Position numbers and translations under genes: made by a program | Notes under the pieces: model-generated | The model's database searches: none | What the model saw: only the letters and a program-made list of their open reading frames with translations | Told to the model about the DNA's origin: nothing | Shown: positions 25,860-35,386 of the stretch, piece by piece | How positions within the stretch are numbered: the first letter of the stretch is position 1 | Layout: each line of letters starts with the position of its first letter | Assembly (NCBI RefSeq): GCF_000143415.4 | Contig: NW_003314304.1 | Coordinates: forward strand, 254,169-318,168 | Origin: Selaginella moellendorffii | Taxonomy: Eukaryota; Plantae; Lycopodiophyta | DNA length: 64,000 nucleotides | Direction of reading: 5' to 3'

Positions 25860-28733
25860 ATGGCCTCCGCAAGTGCGACGCATGTTCCCTCTGTGGATCT
25901 TAAGAACCGTGCTACATGGATTCAGGCAAAGGTGTTTCTAAACAACCCCGAGGGGGAGGTGGTAGCTGAGGGCTTAGCCACAGTTGTCAATCCAAGAGAT
26001 GCGGTTGCTAATCAAGAATTGGGCTGGGATGATATTGGAGTTGTGATTTTAGAGGTTGTTGACACAGAAGAAAACAGTCTGACTATTGGAAGCATTGTGC
26101 GGTGGAAATTGAGGCACTTAGTGTTTGAGAATGTGAAGGATTCACAATCAAACACCACTACAACTGATGACAGAACATCTCTTCATAGGAAAAGAAAGTA
26201 CACCTTCCTAAAGCGCAGCCAAAGGGATCTGAGCAATGAATCGAAAAGGCAGAAAATGGCGATGGAGGTTCGAATGGTCTCGACAGTTGCTTGTTGCAAG
26301 AGGAGGTGTTGTCAACATGCTGATTGGGATGCTATTGAAGAGGAGAGAGCAAGATACAAGATATTGTCCTGGAAGGCAGCTCGCAATTTTGTGTATGAGG
26401 CATTACGGTCATCTGTTGATGCTTCAGAACATCAGGTGGGGGGCATGGTTTTCCAGAGGGGTTTGGTCTGCATGAAGGCATGGAGAATCATTTATGGAGT
26501 CCCTCGAACCACATTCTACAGAATCAAAACTGAGTTCGAGGAACAAAGGGTTCAACAGGCAGTCCATGGGAACGACGGTACTCACAAAACCAGGGGTCAT
26601 GTTGTATATGGAGAGGCAATCTTCAAGAGGTTTGTCGAGACATGTAGCGAGTAGCAACCACATAAAACCCGCCTCTTAGAAGATTGAACTCGAGGCACTC
26701 AACGAGTTCTCCCTTCCATGTATACCAAGGGGGCCATATTGGAAGATGTGAATCGGGAACTCCAGAGTAATGGATACAGGAAGCTGAGCCAATCTAGATT
26801 TAGTAGATTGTGGAGCAACAGGTTCAGGGATGTGAGTATAGGAAAGTACTCCAGCTTTTCAAAGTGTGACGAGTGCACTGCTATCAAAATGGCTTTGTTG
26901 AAGAATTCTTGCATCGCTCAAGAGCGAGAGACGTTGGTTAGAAGGCGGCTCAACCACAACATTGAGCAGAGAAGCTGCAGGACTGCATATTATCATAACA
27001 GGATTCTCTCCATGGAGAGACCTAACTCTTACCTCTGCATCATCCACGACAAAATGGACCAGAAAAAGACGTGCTTACCTCGACTCAATCCTGCCCCCAA
27101 GGCAATCTCTTCATCCATGCAGCTGCCTGTGTCTCTGTTTGGCATAATCGCTCATGGGCATGGTGCCCAGAACTATGGGAACTTTTTTGTACCTCTATGG
27201 GGTGGCGGGGGTGCAAACATGATGATTGCGTCCTTAGCAAAACACTTAAGGTCTCTGCAAAGTGTGCAGACTGAGTTGAACGGCCAACCCTTGCATAAGG
27301 CCCTTGTCGATCAAACCCCATACAGGGTTCAGCTGGAGGAGGAGCAAAGGCTTGCAATATCGCGTGGGGCCCCATGCCATCCCAGTGAATATGTTGGCCG
27401 TCAGATTGTAGGGTTATCACGTGAGGCCTCATGCCATTCCGACGAGGCTGGTCGCCCGGTGAATGCACAGCCTCATCCAAATGAAGCAGAATCTCAAGGA
27501 AGTTCTTACGGCCGATGTGGCCTTCCACCCCATCTTCTGCTCCAAACAGACAATGCTAGCAGTGAGAAAAAAAACATGTACGTCTTCGCGTACTTGGCGA
27601 TGCTTGTTGCCAAAGGCATATTTGAAACAGTTACACTTGGCTTTCTCATGGTTGGGCACACTCATGAAGACATCGATGCCATGTTCAGTCACCTGGCAGT
27701 GTCCCTCCGGCGATCCAATGTCCTCACCCTCCCACAACTCTACGATGAATTCCAAAATTGCATCAAAGGCACTGTTGAAGCTGCACTTGTGACAGAGGTT
27801 CCAGACTTTAAGGGGTTTGTAAGAGGCTACATCAGGGACGGATCCGAAATGCTGATTGGCCACTCCAAGCCTCTTCAATTTCATTTCAGCATGCGTGACG
27901 GTGCTTCAGTGATGAGGTACAAGATGAGAGAATGGGACATAGTGTGGCTGTCAGTGGACGGCATTGAACTCTTCAAGAGAGATCCCATAACTGGGGAACC
28001 TATGATTCCTCAGGGTTCCCCATGGCCGATGCACCCAGATGGACTCAAAGACTAGGAAAGTAAAGTGGCCGGGATTAGATAGCATATTGCCTTCTGGAAG
28101 AGGGGGTTGGTGTTTGGTGGAGAATCTTATTTTAAGAGGTGCAAGCCTTTGCTCGAATACTAGGAGAAGATTATATCTGCTATCCAAAATGGGCCGGTTG
28201 TATATGAAGAATTGGAAGAGTCCTTTTGGCCAGAACCCAGAGCACCAGATAGTAGCGGAACAATGTCCTTTGGAAATGCAATGACAGATAATGATGTTGA
28301 GGATCACTATTGTGGGCCGAGGAACAAGAAGCCGGATTTAGCATTCAATCCAGTATAGGTCTGCAAAGGAATGGTCGTGCTTGTCAGACCCAGTAATAAA
28401 AAACAAATGATATGGGTGGGGCGCTGCATCACTGATGCAGAGGAGGATGCGGAAACTAACTCCTTCAATGTAACTGTGGAGTGGTTCAAGCCAAATTCCG
28501 GATATATGAAGGATTGCCTAGAAAAGAGATGAAGGGATCCCAACATGAGCATATCGGTGGATAATGTTGTGCATGGTTGGATGCGGAAGCAGAGTGCCAC
28601 CATCACCTTGCCAGACCATGCAAGAGATGCAGCAAGAGCATTCAAGGTGAGATTCATTAATATTCCTTTACTAAGTTTCTAATGTATTTTATTTCAAGGT
28701 GAACAATCCGAATCTGAATCAGAGGAGGCGTGA
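25860..28733 (+). pseudogene. DDD-type transposase, DUF7869/Sola1-like, with an N-terminal Tnp1/En-Spm-associated-like domain
   Basis: ORFs 25860-26654 and 26718-28055 are in one frame, separated by a single TAG. Motifs CCKRRC, FSKCDEC, IIHDKMDQKK, LLQTDNASSEKKN and FLMVGHTHEDIDAMFS. The frame continues through further single stops to about 28733, with a final short intron at about 28648-28698. Confidence 0.85.
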
Positions 28734-30783
28734 TGGCATGTGGCCTTACGCCATTCCTAGGTGAGATGATACAAATAACAAGTATAAATTCTTAGTTGTT
28801 CTAGCAAATCTTACTTAAAGTTCAAAGTGAACAAGCCGAATATGAATTCATCGGATTGTTATAACAAATTGCGAGGTGATGGCGTGAGGCGATACGCCAT
28901 TTGAGAGTGGTAGCCATTCCTATATGAGGTGAGTGAAATATTTATTAGAAATACCTCATTCAATTGTGCACTTCTAAGTCTTGGTCCACTCAGTACTGTT
29001 TGCATGTTTTTATTTTAATTCTTTCTCTAAAATGTTATTTAGCATGTGGCTTCATGCCATTGCTCTCCACAATCATGCATTGAATTTTTCTATCCTTGCA
29101 TAATACTTCTCCATATATATAGCATGTGCGCACATGTGATATGGTTCATTAGGCCTGATATAGTGTGTGAGGTAAAACAAAGATGATGTGACATATGCAT
29201 TTACCAATCACACGTGCATAAATCTAATAATATGGCGTGTGGCCCATATTAATGGCACATAAACCCATATTGTGGGCTTACGTGCTTTATGTACCATCAT
29301 TCCCTTGCAGCGTGTGTGTTGGTTTCCTTTTATAACACAACGAACTCCATATTTTAGGGTGAAGAGCGTTCTCATGGCAAGCATAAAATCTGTAAGTGAG
29401 GCAGAAAAGGAGACGGAGAAGGAGATAGGTGAAGATGTAGAATATATAAGTCTTCGAAACTCCCCGTACTATACTCTAGGTGATCATTTTTCTAAACAAA
29501 CGGCAACATTAACAACTATCGAGAACGCCCCAGTAACGTCAGAGACAACAATCCAAAGCAAAACAACTGACCCGGAGAAGGATGATAGTACCGCTGAGAG
29601 TACCAAAAAGGAGGTGTCCACTAGCGCTTAGGCTTATAATGGCGTATGCCCTCATGCCATTTACTTGATCACCAAATACCTTTTTCCCTTTGCACTAGTA
29701 TATCTTAATACCGGTCTAAGAAATAGAATGGCATGTGCCCTCAGGCCTTTTACTAAATCACCTTTGAAAGAAATGCAAGCCTCTATGTCGTAATAAAAAG
29801 GTACTAGAGAAATTCCTTAATAATATGAATGTTATTTAGTTTCATGAAAATACACTAAGGGTCAAATGAGTTAAATGACTTCTCCAAACTAGCAATGCCT
29901 CTTGCTACACCTTCACAATTAGATTCGTTAGAAAAAGATAACATTGAATAATATCTAAATGTTCTCACCATTAAGTTATATGTCTGGCTAATAGGAATGA
30001 CGTTCATCTTGGAAAGCTCACCACACGCTCAATGAACAAACAAATAGTGTGTGCGCGCATGCCATCGCTCTTCTTTAGCTTTAGATTCGGCTTGTTCACC
30101 TTGACAATGAGATTTATTATACAACCAGATGGACTCAGTCTTGACACAAAGTCACCGCGTTAGTCACCATGCCCCAGATATGTCTAGCCCCTGGACAAAA
30201 AACATATAATTTCACGTCATTTTCAAATACTTGAAAATTTGTACCTAGTCCCATTTTACTGAATAAATCCCACTTTAACGAAATAGAGCATTTGAGCACT
30301 CTGTTGGGAGTTCCACTCCCGCTCTCGACCTTCCAAGTCGGAGCTTTTAGTCCAAACGTGTTACGCTCGTTTGGCTTTCACTTTAGCCACTATCACGTGG
30401 CACCCTTTTCGACTCCACTTTGGGGCCTAGGGGTTTTGTGTCTCACACCACCATAACATGGTTCCTGCATAAGCGTGAAAGTCTTTGACCATCGACTTTT
30501 GTTCAAAGCCCTCTCTTTGAACACTTGGGAACTACTTCCCTAACCTTGATAGCCTTGCCTCATGGCAAGCTTCAAGACCACGCTTCTGCTGCGCCACTCT
30601 GAGCAAGGAAGGGCAAGAGAAAAATGCTTGAATGCTTCAAGATGCTTCTCAATCAGGATGCTAGATGCTCTTCAAGACACTAGAAAGACACTCCTCAATC
30701 AAGGTATGCCTCTCTCTACTGCTTTTCCATCTCCCCATCTTTTGCTCCTAGCTCGCAAGTAACTTGCACCTCACAGCTACTTC

Positions 30784-31050
30784 GCACTGGAATGATTGGT
30801 TTGGTAACGAACCAATTTTCCTAGCACATCAGATTCTGGGTTTTTTTTTTCTTGTCGTTCCATTGGCGTTGAGAAGATCGGCTCAGTGACAAACCAATCT
30901 TCCCAGCGCCAAAGGAACTTCTTCTTTTCTTCTTTTTCTTTCCCTTGGTGCTAAGAAGATTGGTTCGGCAACGAACTGATCTTCCTAGTGCCAAGGGAAC
31001 TACTTTTCTTCTTTTTTTTGTTCCCTTGGCGCTGAGAAGATCAGTTCGGC
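30784..31050. repeat. Tandem array of 3.5 hairpins (stems about 20-28 bp, loops GTAA/GTGA/GCAA) separated by pyrimidine tracts
   Basis: Units at 30784-30827, 30857-30918, 30940-31000 and 31020-31050 (half). Consensus TTCCCTTGGCGCTGAGAAGATCGGTTCG-GYRA-CGAACCGATCTTCCCAGCGCCAAGGGAA. Confidence 0.9.
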
Positions 31051-31077
31051 GGAAGTGGTAACTATGTAGAGGCTGAC

Positions 31078-34000
31078 ATGATCTTGAATGAGCAAGTACA
31101 TGAGACTATTGTCCAGGCTCAAGAACGAACTATCAACAGGGTGTTAGGTGAAATGGCTTGGAAAGGATCCCAACATCTTGAGATTCCACTTTGCCATCTT
31201 AAACAGAGTCATTGAGTGCACTCAGCCTATGACCTCAACATGGCTATTTATACCTCTTTCACAAAGGTTGGATTCGAGCACACTACTGGATCGTTTATTA
31301 TATCGTCATCATTCCCCGGAACAAATCGCATAGACATGGTTACTCATGAGATTGAGCAGACTTGGGATCAAATATGGCAAAGGAAATCTCAAGAGTTTGA
31401 TACTTTGATGGCATGCCACAAGGAGACACAAGCCTTTGTAGGCCGGATGTTCTTCATTATTGATGGAAACCACTGGTGGTTTGCGTTTTGGAGGTATATC
31501 CAAGAGAAGTTCCAGGACGATGACAAGTGACATATTTGTGTTCTAGTGACACTTGTGGAGCCATAGGATCGAAACCAAGCTGTGAGGCTCAATTTGGCAT
31601 ATCACAAGATCAACATGTAAAAATTTTTTACTTGTAACCTTTGTTCTCACCAACTATGTTACAGGCTTAATCAATTTGCTTTCCAAGCACATACCTTGGT
31701 CCATGATATCGAGCATCTTTGATATGTTGGCATGTTTTCTCTTGATGAAATCCAGATGCTGTATAGTCGTGAAGTTATGGAAGCGGTTCAAGCAAAGCTT
31801 GTAGCATGTAAAGGCCAAGAGTTGCTTACTTGGTATCAAGTGCCTATGGATTTTTTGGTTGCGGTCTGGGCAAAGGTATCCTTTTCTTGCATGAACTTGT
31901 GTTTTCTACTCACAAGTTTTCCTTTTAGCCAATTGTCAAGGTGGAGCAAAACTCATATTTGAAGATTATGCAAGTGACGGATGAGGTGCAAAAGAACCTT
32001 GAACTGCGACAAATTGAGTAGCACATTTTGAACTCGAAGAAATCAAAGGTGAAGAAGCTACTTGCAATTGCAGACATTCACCAGGATAAAGATTGGTTGG
32101 ATTGCATTGCAGAGATATGCTCTCATGGCAGTAAGTTAGTACCTTTTATCTTTCTCATTCCACTTTGAAATCCTTGTCCTTGCAAGAAATGGTAAAGCAC
32201 ATGAAGAATTGATCTATAAAGTAACCTCTCCTTCAACGAACAAACCTCTTGCTTGGAACTCCTCAACACTTGACATCGTAACAATGATAAGAGGTTAGAG
32301 AGCAAACTTGAGAATATGATGAAGGAGAAGTTCTATATCACTCAGAGTATTGTGGCTACTGAGGAGCTACTTCAAGTATGGGATACAAAGTTCCTTACTA
32401 GTGCCCACATCGGCATAACACTTCCAGAATATGTCTGAGATTCCCTTCAAGAGCTTGGGGATGGATGGCTTCCTGATGGTAGCTCAAGCTCTATGGATTT
32501 CAAGAACCAGCCGGGCCAACCATTTTTCCCATGCCACATGGCATATAGGTATATTGCAAGAAATTGACTTGTTTATTTAATCATGGCTCTTTTGTAGGTA
32601 TTTAAATCATTGCCCAAGTGCTCTAGTGTACATAGCAAGTGTTTTTCTCAAGCTCTTAACTAGTGGGAAGAAACTTGGCATGTATGAGCCAAAGTTCCAG
32701 TGTTCCACTGTGCGGGAGCGAGAACTTTGTCCATGATACTTGGAGTTGTGGAGGCAAATGCCATTGTCACCTTTTGAGCTTGATCTCTACCTCAAGTGTC
32801 ATCTAGGTTTGATGAGTAAAATTTCCTAGTAGTAACTTATATTTCTACTTTATTGTAGAGACACTTTTGGAGGGAGTAGAGATGCCTCAAGACAGGGACG
32901 AGATTCATATTAAGCAAACAAAAGGTGAATGAGTGGAGAATCCGACTGAAAACTCTCCTGTCCCATCTCATCCTACAGCAGTTGCTCATTCCCCAGATCC
33001 TATTGCCATTGCTTGTCCAGCCCCAACTACTCAAAATGTATGAAGGTAGCTCCATAGTGAGGACGTCCAAAAGAGTAAAAACTTGATTTCCAATGACCTT
33101 GCTTATTGTAATTTGGTTATAGATGTCGGAGAAACCAGCCAGAACTCTACACGTCGACGTACAAATGCATTCTTTCCATCCCTCCCCACTGCTACAGAGG
33201 ATGACCTCCAAGAGTTATCTTCATTGGCTTCACATAAACAAGTATGAAAAAAAACATGTATTAACTTTAATATTTCCCGGGTTTGAACACTATTTAGGTT
33301 TGCCTTCTTTCTCCTATGGGAACTATTGGCAACGTGGAAATAGTTCTTGGGGACTACTTTCAGCTTTCTAACAATGTGAGCCGAGAGTCTTCTATGTTCC
33401 ATCGATGGATGTGAGGATTGGGAATGAACAATACTTTCGGCATTGACCTCGCATTCTTTGACCTACCTGATGGGTTACCACCTTTACAAGGCAACACTCC
33501 ATCCTAGAACATCCTTCAACCGGACCATATTTCTCAAGCGGTGGATGTGGCATCTAAGGTGTTGCAATACGAGGGCATTATGCTAATCATTCTTCCCCGT
33601 TCTTTATTATGGGGAGGTCTTCTTGCAACAATGGTAGAGAATGATGACTCTAGATTGGTTGAGTTTGCATCAGGCTGCCTACTCTTAAACATCCCAGTTG
33701 AAACAAAAGGAGTAGGTGGCCGAATCCAAAAGGTTTGCATTTCCTTATTTTTCATATCTTAAATTGATTGCCCCTTTTTATTGTATGGAACTACCATGCT
33801 CTTTGCCACTACTCTTGCTGTCACAGTATTACACGAGCTGATAAGCATGTAGGTTTGGCATTGCCGGGATATGATATCTCAACAGATATCATCCTGAATG
33901 TCATCGATGAGGACCATCATATAGAGTTCCCTAGCTATCGACACCATTCACCAAAGGCCATGCAAATCCTCCTAGAGTTGTTTTGTCCTCCTAAGGGGAT

Positions 34001-34127
34001 TGTGCTTAATGTTACAGCAAGTTTTGGTTCAATGGTGCTAGTGGCTAAAGAGACTAGGTGTGCAGTTTTTGCACTAGAGAAGGAGAGTGCATTTGAAGGT
34101 GTTCTTGGGACATTTCATAACAAGTGA
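31078..34127 (+). pseudogene. Multi-exon cargo gene of the MULE: ParB/Srx-like domain plus beta-class N4-C/N6-A DNA methyltransferase-like domain
   Basis: GRMFFIIDGNHW (31441-31476, DGNHR-like with CGG>TGG). IDLAFFDLPDG (33442-33474, motif IV-like). SPKAMQILLELFCPPKGIVLNVTASFGSMVLVAKETRCAVFALEKE (33948-34085, motif X/I/II-like). Short introns and deamination-type stops. Confidence 0.75.
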
Positions 34128-35386
34128 TAATAAAGTATAAATTTCTCCTTATAGTAATTCCATCATGGTTGTGTATATTAGGTGGATCGATGATGTGGGC
34201 TATAATTTGCCATGTTATGTAGAAGCAATGGCACAAGCTCATATACAACAAGAGCCCACAGTTAGAGAGCATAATATTATACAAACTCCTCCTTTTATGG
34301 ATGTGGATGCCTAGGAAGACTAAGTTTAGTTTTCTTTTTAATTGAATTTTTTAGTGGTAATATAGAGTTTCTTCTTTAACTTATGATATTTATTTTCTTA
34401 TTAGACTTGTATTATTTAGCTTTTTCTTGGACTGAAAATATGTCTTAATTTTTGAATAGAATTGTTGGTTCATCCCAAACCAATCATTTAAACATCAACT
34501 TTTGTATTTAGTGGACTATATTGACTTTCATTGACTTTTATTGATTTGAGCTCAGCTAAAAAACTACCCAGCCCTGGCTTTCACCCCTTGACTTGTATTA
34601 GTACTCGGACTTAGTCTCGGACTCGATCTCAGACTCAATTTTATACCCGACCTCGGACTCGATTTCGGACTTGACCTCAGACTCGACCTCGGACTCGGTC
34701 TCAGACTAGATCTCGGATTTCAGACTCTATCTTGAACTCAATCTCGAACTCGGTCTCGGAGTTGGCCTTGGACTCGATCCTGGACATTGTCTTGAACTCA
34801 GTCTCAGAGTCAGTCTTGGACTCGATCTCAAACTCGGTCCTACCTAATGAACTCTTTATCATTTCGGTTGTGCTTTTGGAGATCCTTTAGCCTACGACAC
34901 CTCAGGGAGATAGTTCCTTATGACTCCACCACCCATAAAAGAAGTTCAATGCCCACATCAAACATCTCTTTTTTAATCCTACAACTTGTTGACTATGTCT
35001 CTGGGGGCATCCCCCCACTTAGCAGTGTGCCTAAATTAGCCTCCCCAGCCAAGAGCCCATGACAATAGAATATAAGTGTCCCTATACCCCTCCCCTCACC
35101 GCACCCTAGTATGGGATTGGGACTTGAACTCAGCCTTTCTTTACTAGGGGGTTGGGACTTGAACCGAACCTCCATAGAATACATCTACGGATTCGACATC
35201 CCTATAAAGAGTCGGGTGTAGTTCCCTATGCCTGGTCAACCTAACTAACCCATGCTAATTAGCTTACCTTCAGCGCGCCTTTGGGTCCCAACATATGCCA
35301 TTGCTCAACTTCACAAATTAATACTTTTAATTGAACTTTGCATAAGTACATGGAGTTCTGCCTTGCATAAATTCTTCCATTAGATC

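Larger units (their letters stand above)
20007..29750. repeat. About 20 dispersed copies of a 24-bp palindrome, consensus AATGGCRTGWGGCCWCAYGCCATT
   Basis: Copies start at about 20007, 20198, 20339, 21838, 23115, 23175, 23252, 24766, 25381, 25479, 25649, 25685, 25755, 27358, 27415, 28732, 28878, 29038, 29231 (partial), 29638 and 29727. None noticed outside 18841-30291. Confidence 0.92.
18841..30291. mobile_element. Sola1/DUF7869-like DNA transposon, left end deleted
   Basis: B sequence stops abruptly at 18840 and resumes at 30292. Contains a DDD-type transposase and a divergent multi-exon gene. No TSD or TIR pair is recoverable because the left end is missing; the superfamily call rests on motifs only. 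Confidence 0.7.
16021..30447 (-). mobile_element. Family B LTR element: 3' LTR 16021-17759, internal 17760-18840, 5' LTR remnant 30292-30447
   Basis: TSD CTGCC (16016-16020)/CCACC (30448-30452), both derivable from CCGCC. PPT AGGTGGTGGAGT (minus) abuts the LTR at 17760. 30292-30447 is nearly identical to 17604-17759. Confidence 0.88.
14162..34575. mobile_element. Mutator-like (MULE) DNA transposon of about 6 kb (14162-16020 plus 30453-34575), interrupted by a B element
   Basis: 8-bp TSD GGCTTTCA at 14154-14161 and 34576-34583 (7 bp if the G at 34576 belongs to the TIR). Degenerate ~30-bp terminal inverted repeats sharing GTA..TTTT.AGCT..GAGCTCA. Contains MULE-type DDE and SWIM motifs. Confidence 0.82.

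Noticed and set aside
30784-31050. CRISPR-like repeat-spacer array
   Set aside because: The spacers are low-complexity T/C tracts, the repeats are ~60-bp hairpins, there are no cas genes and the context is eukaryotic.
14162-34575. hAT or Zisupton/KDZ assignment from the 8-bp TSD, CAGGGCTGGG-like right end and SWIM finger
   Set aside because: The MxD...CxFH...TxNxSE plus downstream SWIM arrangement fits Mutator-like transposases better; a profile search would settle it.
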